In this document: piece after piece, positions 31,881-44,414 of the stretch | Position numbering within the stretch: position 1 is the first letter of the stretch | Layout of the letters: each line of letters opens with the position of its first letter | Translations under genes and position numbers: made by a program | The notes under the pieces: generated by a model | Database searches by the model: none | The model's input: only the letters and a program-made list of their open reading frames with translations | What the model was told of the DNA's origin: nothing | Source: Octopus bimaculoides | Lineage: Eukaryota | Length of the DNA: 44,897 nucleotides | Direction: 5' to 3' | Assembly: GCF_001194135.2 (NCBI RefSeq) | Contig: NC_068997.1 | Coordinates: 35,295,782 to 35,340,678, forward strand

Positions 31881-34834
31881 ATTTTAAAAGGATTGGCATT
31901 AACTCTTCACAAAGGTGAATAAACAAACAAAGAGTGCAGTGCAATTAATTGTAATAGATATTTTATTGGTTTGAATGATATTTAAGACAGCTTGCCTGTC
32001 TTTGTTGAGTTCAAAATGAAAAGTGATACATGGAAATTCAAAATTATAGAAATTCAAAAGTTTCAACAAGGAGATTCTGCATTCCCAGTTTCAAGGAATG
32101 ACATCAGTCTTCAATTTTCAATTTTACAACTGACAAAAATAAAATAAGAACATTTAGTAAAACAGTTTTGAGAAAATATCATGAAATTCCCCTGTCATTT
32201 TGTTCATTCCTTCAGGGCATGATGTTAATAGCTCACAAACATTCTTATCCTCATACATTTTGAGGACTGAAAGTGTAGTAGATTCAGAATATTTTCTGAG
32301 AACATGCACACTCAAGTCTTTTTAAAATTGCAGCTGTTTGGTGTACAATGTTCAGCAAGTTTTGTTGAACTACTGTTATTGTGCCTGATGTCATATCTGT
32401 GCCCATTAAATCTTTTGTTTAATTGTTCCAATGTACAACCAACATAAATTGTATTTGGTGTGTTCTGCTGTGTACACCAAATGGGAATCTCTATAAATCC
32501 CACCTTCTGTATAAATAACATTACCGTTATGATTCCTGATGGAATTGACTTGAATCATGTTATTGCATAATGAAAAGGGCTTACCTCACTTGCAACTGTT
32601 TTTCAAGGTAAAGCATGCAAAAATTTCAATGTTAGTTTTTTTGGAGTCAGAAGTAGAAGTTAATAGTTCTCTTATATTTTTATTCCGTCTAAAGGCTACA
32701 ATAGGTGCTGAGGGAATATTTGTTTGAAATGAGGCTATTTTTCTGCAACATGCTTGTAACTTTCATGTAACACTTTTGAAATGCAAGCAAAATTTCTGTG
32801 TCAGTTAATCACTAAAGGAATTATATCACATATTTTACTTTGCTTGTTAAAATTATGCATGAAGGTTTGACTTTCCTTGATAATCTTAGCTATGTCATTT
32901 GCAATTTCCTTTAATCGTGATTCACTGTAACCATGTTTGACATGATGGTGTACAAAAGCATTTGCATGTTTCCAGTAATCGCCTATATCTGTACAAATCC
33001 ATTTTATCCTCAAAAATTGGGATTTTGGATTTGATCAAATTATATGATGTGGATGATTGGAGCAGCGGTGGAGGTAAATGTGGGATGATGTGGGTTTTCA
33101 AAATAGCTTTGTCACTATGCTGCCTTGAGAAAACTTAACTTTTGTGTCCAAAAACTCAACACTAGTTTTTGCAAAATTAGATGTAAATTTAATGTTGGGC
33201 TTAAAGCCATAGTTTTTAGCATAATAGTCACAAAAGTGCAAGAAGTCAATTAAACTATCCTGTGATTCATCCCAGACAAAAAAGATGTCATCAATGAACC
33301 GTAACTAGAGTATTGGTTCATGAACAAGTAGGGATTTGAATGTCTTCAGTAACTGTGTCTCGAATTTCATCATGAAGACATTAGTGAAATTAACTGCCAT
33401 GGAGATACCTATGGTGCAATCCCTTGGTTGGTTGTAAAATTTTTGTCCAAATTTCATTGTATTACTTTGTAACACAAACCTCAATAGCCTACACAGAAAA
33501 TTAGATGGAATACTTCGAAAGCATTCCTGCATGCTTCCACCCCTTCATTATGGTCAATATTTGGATATAAGGAAGAAACATCTATGGCTTTCAAAAAACA
33601 GACATTGCTTTGGTACTTAGAAAAGTTGTTGACTTTATACACAAAATCAAAAGTATCCTGAATATAGGAACTTGACATTTTTGCAACAGGGAGTAGAAAG
33701 CCGTCCAACCACTCTGAATTTTGACTGCACAACATTCATATCCACTGCAAATTGAGTGCATTGGAGGAAATCTTTCGAACCTTTTGTGCATTTTAGGGAG
33801 ACCATAAAATACAGGTATTCTCTTTTCTGAATGTAAAATCCTGGATTCAGCCTTATTAATGAAATTGTTTTCCTCCATTTCCAGAATTATTTTGTCAAGT
33901 TTCTCTCTGTAATTGGGGTTTGGATTGACAGGTAATTCTTTATGTGAAGTTTTGTCTCCTAAAACTTCTTCACAAGCTGAAATATACTCATTCTTGTCCA
34001 TAATTACAATAGCACCTCCCATATCCACCATGTCAAAAACAATAGAATCATTATTAGCTAGATGAGGGAGTGCATAACGCTGGGAATTTGTGAGGTTATT
34101 CCAGGACTACTTTCCCTAATGCTTGTCACACAAGATTCAAGAAATTCCAGTAGTGCTTGTGAATGTCCATCCCAAACTTTATCTGGATACCAATTGGGAT
34201 TCTTTTCAATCCAATTATGCCAGATTCGATCATCAATATTTTTATTTTCAGCAAGCATAGGGTTTCTGACTCCTCGTTATCATTTCTTTCAAAAAAAATA
34301 TTCTTTCAGTTTAGGACAGCAGACAAACTGAGCTAGTTTATTTTTGTCAAAATTCTTAGCGGTTGGGCAGAAACTCAGTCCAAGCTTCTAAGACACAGAT
34401 ATCAGTCGAGGCTCTAAGACATAGAAACTCAGTCCAAGCTCTAAGACACAGAAAGTTTTAGTTTAGATAAAGTTATGACTGGCTTATTCTCTAGTTTGAT
34501 GGATTTTCTTGGACAAGTGTTTTTCATAGTCTTACTTTCATTAGATTCCTGACTACCTTTTGGGTTTTGTTCTGATTCTTCACTTAAAACACAGATCCTA
34601 TTAGGTGATAAAAATTGTTCTGAGTGCTCATGTGAGAAGTCATAACTTTTAGTTGTCTTTCTAGGAGTAATCCATTCCTGGGTGGGTGCACAAAATGACA
34701 TGAGAATTTCATCATATTTACACAAAACTGCTTGATGAAATATTCTTCTTTTTCCTTTTCTATTTTCTTTTCTTTTTTCTTTTTGCATTGTCTATTTACA
34801 TTTGCGAGGAGTTACACCAATCCTTTTAAAATAT
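31879..34834 (-). mobile_element. Near full-length Penelope-like element (RT + GIY-YIG), decayed, with inverted termini
   Basis: GGAIVIMDKNEY, VFYGLPKMHK, IDVSSLYPNIDHNEG, RFIDDIF, FLDT, IYVGCTLEQLNKRFNGHRYDI; ends 31879-31925 and 34790-34834 are inverted homologues. Confidence 0.88.
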
Positions 34835-35481
34835 CAAAATCAAATAGACTGAGATGTAAATGCGGGTCCTATGGTTGTAAAGATCAGCTACTCATCAATA
34901 AGATGATCTTGGAAGATTGTGACAAACAACACAAGAACTTGTCGATAGCCTGGATAGACCATAAAAAAGCTTTTGATAGTCTACCACATCACTGGATTAA
35001 GAAATGTCTGGAAATTTATAAAATGGCACCTAATCTGCGAAACTTCTTATCTCTAAGTATGAGATCATGGAGAACCACAGTGACTTTGAACTGTGACAAT
35101 GAATCTCTCAATGCTGGAGATGTAAGACTTTCATGTGGTATTTTCCAGAGTGACTCACTGTCACCACTTGTCTTTTGTCTAGCCTTAATATCTCTCTCGA
35201 AATTGTTTGATGATGTACAATATGGCTACAAAAGTTTTGATAAAAATATAAATCATCTCTTTTATATGGATGATTTAAAGCTCTTTGCAAAAACTGACCA
35301 ACAACTAAAGGGCTTACTAGCAAATGTTAAACAGTTCAGTGATGACATCAGGATGGAATTTGGCCTTGATAAATGTACAAAAGCTACCTTTATCAGAGCA
35401 AAAATGATAGAAACATCCAATGCTAATCTTGACCAACAGAATATCATAAAGGAGTTAGAAACAGTGGAGAGCTACAAATAA
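34835..35481 (+). mobile_element. R4/Dong-like RT fragment
   Basis: GCKDQLLINK, AWIDHKKAFDSLPH, GIFQSDSLSPLVF, NHLFYMDDLKLF, MEFGLDKC. Confidence 0.88.
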
Positions 35482-37185
35482 CTAGAGCTCATACCAGTTC
35501 TCTGTTACTTCATATTGGTATTTACGGCATAAGAGCCAATGAAGATACACACACACTTTATCGTGGCAGCATTTGTATTTTATTTGTGCAAGGCTCTCAC
35601 ATTCACTTACCAAGTGAATCACATTTTCCACACTCTTTCCACAGAGTCTGCATTTCTGGGTGTCAGAAATTTTATAGATGTTATACTTCACTGAATTGGT
35701 AGCGAGAGCTTGGTCTTGTGCAGCAATGATCAGGTTTTCAATAGTACACTTCAAATCACCTCACTCGAGCCATGCCCATGATGCTGTATTATCCTTAACA
35801 TCTTGTGTATTCCTTTCAAACTGTCCATGCATTCTCATTTCAGGGTCTTCTTTTCTCTTCTCCTCAGCTCTTTGGTTAAACTCTGCCTTGCCCATCATTT
35901 CATCTGCATTTACATCCATATTTTTTGAAGCATATTGCAGTAGGTCTTCATCACTATTTATCAAATACTCAGCAAGCGTTTTCCTTTCGCTCCTTTATAC
36001 AATGGTCTATACTAATTAGTCCTCTGCCACCATTCTTTCTTTTCATATACAGTCTGTTTATATTTGCTTTAGGGTGTAGCGTCCCATGCAGCGTCATCAA
36101 CTTTCTCATCCCTCTATCCAGTGTTGATATTTCCTCTTTAGTCCATTTGAGGATGGACGTACTATATCTGACCACCACAACTGCCCAGATGGTCATTGCG
36201 GTAATCAAATTTTTGACTTTCAGATTAAATTTCAACACCATCTTCATCCTTTTTTGATATGTCTCACTGACCTTGACTTACATTTCTCTGTGTAGAATGT
36301 CATCCAGCTCCAAAATCCCTAAATATCCATACCCACTACCATCAGGTTCACTCATGGTCTCTCCTGATGGTAACCGCAATCCTCTGCAGGCTGCTTTCTT
36401 CCTTCCTTTCATATTAAGTACATTTGGTGATCCCAAATTCCATACTGATGTTCCTACCACACTTCTGGACTGTTTTGGTTAAGGAACCTAACTGTTTTTC
36501 AGATTTCCCAAACAATTTCAGGCCATCCATAAACAGAAGATGGTGCAATGATGGGCTTTTCTTCCCACATCAGTAACCCATCTTAACTTTCCTAAGTGTC
36601 ATTGTTATGGGTATTAGTGCAATTACAAAAAGTAATGGAGAAAACGAGTCACCTTGGAAGATTCCCCATTTTAATATTAACTTCTCGAAGGAATACATTA
36701 CTTGAGTTCAATTTGGTTTTCCACTCTTTCATGCTATGCATCAGAAAATTTGTGACGTTGTCAGCACCACCAAACATCTGCATGCATTCAACAATCCAAG
36801 AATGAGGCATCATATCATATGTCTTCTTAAAGTCAATCCAAGCCATAGACATGTTTGCATGATGTTTTTTACAATGCCCCTGAGAACTCTTCCTACATCC
36901 TTTTTGTTCCCTTGGCAGTATTTCTTCCTGTGCCAGGAAAATGTATGTCTTTGCCAGACATATTCCAGTGAGTATCTTCCAGATTGTGTTTAGGCATGCT
37001 AAGAGATGATAGTTTCCCACAATATTCTCCTTTCTTCTATCTTTCATTACAAGTGTTGTCCTCCTAGTCACCATCCACACAGGGACTGTACCTTTCTGGA
37101 CACACTCATTCAATTGGGCTGCTAGTCTTCATGCACCACGTGGCATCTCTTCAGTCAGAAGCCATGAATCCCATCTGGTCCTATT
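35482..37185 (-). mobile_element. R4/Dong-like RT-to-zinc-knuckle fragment
   Basis: GPDGIHGF, AWIDFKKTYDMMPH, RLYMKRKNGGRGL, IAAQDQALATN, CRLCGKSVENVIHLVSEC, HDKV..HWLLC. Confidence 0.88.
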
Positions 37186-37194
37186 ATTGGACAA

Positions 37195-37390
37195 TAAGAA
37201 GAGTGCAATGCAATTTGTAATAGATTGCTTATTTAACGGTTTGAACTGCATTCCTATTGTCGTAGAAAGACATCATCAATTTTCAATTTTGTAACTAGTA
37301 GAAAGAAAAAGAATATTTAACTGAACAGTTTTGTGTAAATGTGATGAAATTCCCCTGACATTTTATTCAGCCTTTCAGGGCGTGATTAGT
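37195..37390. mobile_element. Second pLTR-like fragment of the 31879-34834 PLE family
   Basis: Homologous to 31930-32230 (AATTTTCAATTTT..., ATGAAATTCCCCTG..TCAGGG). Confidence 0.6.
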
Positions 37391-37392
37391 CC

Positions 37393-37805
37393 TTTTCTTT
37401 TACTCTTTTATTTGTTTCAGTCATTTGACTGCGACCATGCTGGAGCACTGCCTTTAGTTAAACAAATCGACCCCAGAACTTATTCTTTGTAAGCCTAGTA
37501 CTTATTCTATTGGTCTCTTTTGCCGAATCACTAAGTTATAGGGACGTAAACAAACCAGCATTGGTTGTCAAGCAACGGGGGGGGGGGGGCAACACACACA
37601 TGCAAACATACACACATATACACATACATATGTGTGTGTGTGTATGTGTGTGTGTGTGTAAAATGGCCTTCTTTCAGTTTCTGCTCACAAGGCTTTGTTC
37701 GACCCAAGGCCATAGTAGAAGACACTTGTCCAAGGTGCCATACAGTGGGACTGCATCCAGAACCATGTGGTTGGTAAGCATGCTACTTACCACACAGCTA
37801 CTCCT
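37393..37805 (-). mobile_element. Full-length tRNA-derived SINE
   Basis: Reverse complement of 19866-20260 along its length. Confidence 0.8.
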
Positions 37806-38089
37806 GTGCCTAAAACTCAAGTTTCTGTGTGGTTACCCATCTTCGGTGTGTGTTAACCACCAGCTATTCTCTTTATTATGATCATACAATCAAACATAGA
37901 AGGGATGGCACAGGACACTACAAACATTTAAGAGAGTCATTTAGCGAATTTTTTCAAATCGTTTTTTTTTTAAAGAAAATATATCAAATTAAAAATAAAA
38001 AATAACTTATGTAATTTGAAAAACTAATTTTCCTTCACATTTTCCCCTTTTTTGGGGGCTTACTGTCCAATGGCTACACCTTGCTTTTT

Positions 38090-41000
38090 ACCATGGATGG
38101 ATTAAGAAGGGACATTCATTCCCAACTTCCTTACCACATCCTTCCATCTTTTCTCATGTACTCTTCTTGACAGGTGCCTCCTCTCCAGCCCTATCTTGCT
38201 TTTCAGGTGACACCTGAAGTATTGTAACATTCCAGAGCCGGAGATGAAGGCTCCTGTCTTCATACCTTGCATTCTAGTTCTCCATGCACACTCTTTCATG
38301 ACTGCGACTATACATAGAAAACAAACCCCACCAACCTTAGTCCGGTGGGCAGTACACTCTTGACCACAGACTCAGCCGATAGCTGTACTCTTCCCAGGTG
38401 TGACAACACGTGTTCTACGTAAATTGTCAACTCCGAAAGATGGGTGCACTGTACAAGAGCATGCAGGATAGTTTCCTTATCCTGCCCACATCTTGGACAT
38501 TTGGGTGGCATTGAAATTCCATGCCTGGAGAATTTCTCATGATCAGGAAACGCATTCCTGAAACACTGCCAGGTCAGGGATCTTTGGTAATTATCCAAAT
38601 ACCCCGCACTGAAAGTGTTCCAAAACAGGTTGGAAAGCTGGTTCTCATCGAGCCCCAGCGTCCCTCCTAGAACATCGTCACTTTTGAACTCTACCAACCC
38701 TTTATAAAATGCAGAGGTGGTATTCCTGCTGCCGGCCTTACCCGCCTTGTGGGTTAGTGCAAGTGCCTGCCGATATTCCCTTTGCCATTCAGTCATCTTT
38801 TGTCTTTTAATCAAACCGGGTTTAAATTCCTCCAGGGAGGCTGGTCATAGAAAGAATTCCCCTGCAAGCGAATTCCACACCTGATCACTATCCAGGTAAA
38901 GCCAGAGATGCCTTAGTCTCAGTGCATGTCTGCACATCAACAACCACAGCATCTCTAGGCCACCTTTTAATGGTTTTTGACAGCACACGGAGTGCCTCAC
39001 AAGCAGCTTTCCCCTCCACAAAAAGTGGAAGAGAATCCAAACCAGCTTGTTTAGCCACGAATCGGGGCAAAGGACAACGGTCAGGTGGTATGTGATAACA
39101 GACGCAATAAACGTCTGCACCACCTCTGCCCTCCCTTTCAAGGACAGCGCTCTTCCGGACCAGGTCCGGGTTAGCACCTTTACCTTGTTCATCATCTCAC
39201 TCCAATTCTTCTCCGTCTGGGAGCCCGGACCAAACCAAACTCCGAGCAACTTAACAGGACCATCCGTCCAGTGTCTTATGACACTGGACGATATCGGCTT
39301 GCTGCTCCAGGTGCCGAGCCGCAAACCGACAGTCTTGTCCTTGTTAACTTTTGCCCCTGCCACCGTCTCGTATCTTCTGATTGCCTCCGCTACGCGAGGT
39401 AGCTGAGTCATCTTGGATACAATGATGGTGACGTCATCCGCATATGCTGAGACACTCTTCCCACATCTGATTTCATTAGAGGAGCTTCCCAAATTCTCCA
39501 GCTTCTGCAGCAATGGCTCGAGAATCAGTACATACAGGAGCGGAGACAGGGGGCACCCTTGACGAACTGAACACTTGATCTCGAACGGTTCCGACAGGTA
39601 ACCGTTCAGTTGGACTGTGGATTTGATGCCACCATAAATGGCCTTGATCCAACCGCAGAAATCTGGGCCGAGCCCAGCCACCTCAAGGACTGCCGCCAGG
39701 TACCAATGATCAACCCTATCAAAAGCTTTGCTTTGGTCTAAATGGACCAGTGCCCCACCTTTACTGGATACTTTACCCACCCTGTCTAAGGTGTAGCGTA
39801 ATAGATGAAGATTGTCCTGGATCAACCTGCCAGAGATGGCACAAGTTTGCGCATTTCCAACAAGTTTCTCTGCAACAACTGTCAACCTTTTTGCTAGCAC
39901 CTTGGCCAAAATCTTTAACTCTACATCTAGTAGAGTTATGGGCCTGAAATTACTAATATGATCCCCGTTGCTCAGGTCTTTTCTAACCAGTGTTACCACT
40001 CACCAACTCATAGAGCTGGGAATTCGCCCATTCTATTGCCAGTTTGTGTACACGCAAGCCAGCAAATGTTCGAACAAGCCCGGCATACTAATATAGAACT
40101 TATAGGGCAGACCATCCAGTTCCGGTGACTTGTCCCGAGCGCATTCAGCCAGCACCTCTTTGACCTCCGCAGCTGTGATCGGCCCTTCACAGCACTCCTC
40201 CTCACGCGACAAGAGTCGCGGCCCGTTGGCCAGGAAATCCCTTAAGGGCTCCCCATGGTCCAACGCCTTGCTTATCCCAAACAACTGGGCGAAATGCTGA
40301 TGAAAGGCCTTCTGCATCTCCTCCTGTCCATCGATCACACACCCCTGTTCGTCAATTAAAGACTGTACAAAGGTTTCTCTGCCTCTCTGACTCTCCACAC
40401 GACAGGCCCATCCAGCAACATTAATGCCTTCTCTACCCGTCATGCGTAATTTAGCCCTGACTCTACACCCTTTGTGTTTGGCTTGGAGGTGACGGAATAA
40501 TACCGTTCTCGCCACCAACACTCTGGATGCAGAGCCAGATGCTATGGCCTCCTCTAATTCCTTAGTTAACTGCCCTTCTATTCTAGTCCTCTCTAAACTT
40601 GGCTCTTTACTAAATCTAAGAGACTCTAATCGAATGGCTCGTTTGAAGGCACACCACCATCTGTTATTTATGATGGCTCTGCATAATGCCCTCTGAACTA
40701 ACTCCTTAACCTGGGTACGGAAGACTTTACTAGTCAAAATAGACTTGTTCATCTTCCAGTACCCGGGTCCCTGTCTATGACACTTAAGTAGCTGTACCTC
40801 ACACGTCACAAATTTGTGATCCGTGTAGGAGGTACAATGAAAATGTGGACAACTAACTATATCACTATCACTATCTTTTATGATAACCCTATCTAAGTAA
40901 GACCTGAGTGAACCGTCGTTATTAGACCATGTCCACTGTGGAACGAGCGGTTCATCCAATCTGTAGCGGTCTACAAGTTTATAGCGCGCTAGTAGCCTTT

Positions 41001-42760
41001 TTAGGCCAGGGCTACCTTTTCTGTTATTCAAGCCAACACTATCCACTCACGCATCAAGAATAGTGTTGAAGTCTCCTGTTAAAACTAAAGTTTTCGACAT
41101 TACTAAGAAATTCTCCAAGTCTTGAAAGAAAACCATTTGTCTGTCCTCTTTTGAAGCATAGACTGCCACCAACCTGAAGGACTGATTACTCACATGTGTC
41201 ACATCTAGAACAACCAGCCTACCTTCTGGGTCTAGAAAGACTGTACTTACCTGTACATCCAAGCTTTTTTTGAACAGCACCACTATGCCCCCACCCCTTC
41301 CTTGACTCAGAGAAATAAATTTCTCATAATTGTTCAGAAGAGGCGAGAACGCCTGTGGATCGTTCGATTTGGACTCAGTCACAACACATATATCTAACTT
41401 TCATGAGCTGAAGTCATCTAGGAAGCATGTCTGCTTCCATTTTGACCCCAGGCCACGCACATTTACACACCCTAACTTAATCCCCATGATAAAAAGTTAC
41501 AATATTTACCTTTTAAACTTGAGGAGGGGCTGCACGACTTTCGTCGTCCCTCTCCTCCTGTTTCTTCTTTTTCTGCTGTAGCCGTTGGTGCCAAAACAAT
41601 TTTCTCCTTGACAATATATTGACTTACGTCAAAAATGTCTTCAGTGTATCTCTTTGTTTAAACTGTTCGTAATGTTCCATATTGAGTCTCGCCTGCCGCA
41701 ANNNNNNNNNNNNNNNNNNNNNNNNNNNNNNNNNNNNNNNNNNNNNNNNNNNNNNNNNNNNNNNNNNNNNNNNNNNNNNNNNNNNNNNNNNNNNGTTTGC
41801 CTTTAATAGGTCCCCAAGTAGTATATTTCTTCCTTGTTATAAGGTCCTGAAGCACTTCATTTTTTTATATTATAAGAAATTATTTTCTCGCCTTGTGTGT
41901 ATTTTGGGGGAGGGTTGGAGGTGGGTCTTGATTTGGAAGTGGATGGGGGGGGGTTGTGTGTTTTGCAGCATTTCTTTTCGTTTTCTTGTAAGAGTCTGGG
42001 GCAAGGGATTTTTTTTTTCTTTTATGGGATACTACAGTAAAATCCATCTCTTCTTCTGTTGTTACATTTCCTTTTTCTTGTATATTCACTTGTGGTTTTT
42101 CTTTTTCTTGTTTCTCTTTCTCTTGAGTTTTTCCTGTTTTAACTGTATCATTTTTCTTGTTAGTTTTTTCCTCTTTCTCTTGCAGGTCTTTTTCCTGTTG
42201 GGGAGGAACCTCTGCTTTCTTTTGTGTCAGCTTCTTTATTTTCTCACATTCGGAGCAGACGTGACACTTCTCACCACATTTAAAACATCTGGGTTGCCGT
42301 CCCTCCACCGACACTCTTGCACTGAGTCCCTCTCCTATAAAAATTCTGTCTGGTTTAGATTCAAGGGTCTCGTTAGAGGCTTGTACTAGCAATTCTAGGG
42401 TCTGCCCCTTCCAGTTGAGAGCCTCTCTCTTTTTCCTCTGCATCATAAATCAATGCTGTGTGACCTACAAATCCCACTCTTAGGACCAGATTAACACCCA
42501 TAGTGACCCTAATGACTAAAAAGATTTTCCTGCCCCTGTATTGGATCTTTTTTCGTTTTCTTCCAACCACTTGAAGGTTTATCTTGCTCCAATCCACTCA
42601 ACTGCCAAAATGAGTTGTAGCTGTAATTCAGAGGGGCCAGCCTGGTCATATTCTGTGTGAGACAGAATCTCCATGAAAACTATGTTAATGATATGCATGT
42701 CTGTGGAGTACTCAGCCACTTGTGAGTTAATTTTATCCTTGTGTGGTAATGAAAAAAGTG
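38090..42760 (-). mobile_element. Near full-length Tx1/L1-clade LINE: ORF1 (CCHC knuckle) + ORF2 (APE-RT-zinc finger), frameshifted
   Basis: ORF1 CFKCGEKCHVCSEC; ORF2 from ATG 41487: CVNVRGL, DPEGRLVVLDV, GDFNTILD, SYLDRV, TDHK, PGYWKMN, NFRPITLL, DQSKAFDRVDH, RQGCPLSP, AYADDV, CPRCGQDKETILHALVQC. Confidence 0.92.
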
Positions 42761-43100
42761 ACATCCAATATTTGCTGTGTCTATGTATCTTTGAATCAAC
42801 TCTTCTTTGGATCTATGTATCTACTGTCTCTCTCACTTTCTCTCTTTCTCTTTCACTTCCTCTGTGTCTCTTCTCTCTCCCACTTTCAATTTAACAACTT
42901 TTCTTTTGATCTATATATCTACTTTTCTTGTGATGTGATAAGCATTTAAAAACACAAAATGAATGCCATCACCACTTACTGTCTCTTTCACTCTCTCTCT
43001 TACCTCCTCTCTCTCGCTTTGCTACTGACTTCTTCCTTTGAAGTACGTGTGACACTTACCACAGGTACGTACAAAAACAAACAAAACATATTAATATTAT

Positions 43101-43146
<46 letters not shown>
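43101..43146. repeat. (GAT)n microsatellite (tail of adjacent SINE)
   Basis: Direct reading. Confidence 0.9.
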
Positions 43147-43154
43147 AATAATTT

Positions 43155-43356
43155 TGGCACAAGGCTAGCAATTTCGGAGGTGGGGGTGCATCAATTATAT
43201 AGACCCCAGTGTTCAACCAGTACTTATTGCACTGACTCTAAAAGGATGAAAGGCAAAGTCAACTTTGACTGAATTCGAACTCAGAATGTAAAGAAAGATG
43301 AAATGTCAGTCATTAAGCATTGCCTGTTGTGCTGATGATTCTGCCATCTCACCACC

Positions 43357-43357
<1 letters not shown>
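43155..43357 (-). mobile_element. tRNA-derived SINE, second family
   Basis: Minus head AGGTGGTGAGATGGCAGAATC...TCTGAGTTCGAATTC (A/B-box-like). Confidence 0.6.
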
Positions 43358-43416
<59 letters not shown>

Positions 43417-43965
43417 TTGTCTCTGGTTGCCTAGTTCTGGCCAATAAGGAATACATCCATAGACATGAGAGAATTGGGATTGGAAGCTGTTCCAGCACTA
43501 TGGAATGACAACAGGAAAAGATGGTATAAGCATACCCCACAAAAGGTCTCAGAAAATGACAAAGCAACGATACTCTGGAATATGCCAATACAGAGAGAGA
43601 GAGAAAGAGAGAGAGAGGGGAGAGAGAGAGAGAGGGGGGAGAGAGAGAGAGAGAGAGAGAGAACGAGAGAGAAAGAGAGAGAAAGAGAGAGGGGGAGAGA
43701 GGGAGATAAAGGTTAATAGGCTAGATATTGTTATCATGGACAACCAAGAAAGAAAATGATTCCGAATTGACATATCATTCCCAACAGATGACAATGCATC
43801 TCTAAACATATTGGAGAAACTCTCAAAATACAAAAATCTAGAAACAGAGATAACCCAAATGTGGGGCTTGAAGACAGAAATAATTCCTATAATAGGTGCA
43901 TTAGACATGGTTAAAATATATACAAATACATAACCAGAACACCAGGGCTTACAAATATATGTAGC
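43358..43965 (+). mobile_element. (AAT)n (43358-43415) followed by R4/Dong-like RLE C-terminal fragment containing a GA-rich expansion (43592-43706)
   Basis: KEYIHRH, WYKHTP, KATILWNMPIQ..REIKVNRLDIVI, IDISFPTD, KLSKYKNLETEI.QMWGLK. Confidence 0.82.
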
Positions 43966-44376
43966 ATACAGAAAATAACACAGCTAAGCACTACACTCAT
44001 CCAACATAAAGTACATTCAATACAGTAAAAATAACAACACTAAAACAAACTACAGCATGTACTTAAGGCACACAAAACTGTGCTAGGTAGTGCAGTGAAA
44101 GCACATAATAAAAATATAGCTGCCTACAACAGTAGCTCTCTAAAATATGAAAAATTAATCCGATAACAACATGAAAACCAAGCTGAAATTTACTAGGAAC
44201 CAGGCATAAATGATGTTGAATGCACAAAAATCTGGTAATACAACATTTACTTTACATATTATTTTTGATTATCACATAGAATTAATGATTAAATAACACA
44301 TGCATGATACTGTGTATTTAAATAAGAAGCTTTCTCTAATGGTGATAATGATAAAGGTAGTGATAATAATGGTAGC

Positions 44377-44414
<38 letters not shown>

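Noticed and set aside
41682-42389. 235-aa F/L-rich plus-strand ORF as a membrane protein
   Set aside because: Antisense shadow of the K/E-rich LINE ORF1.
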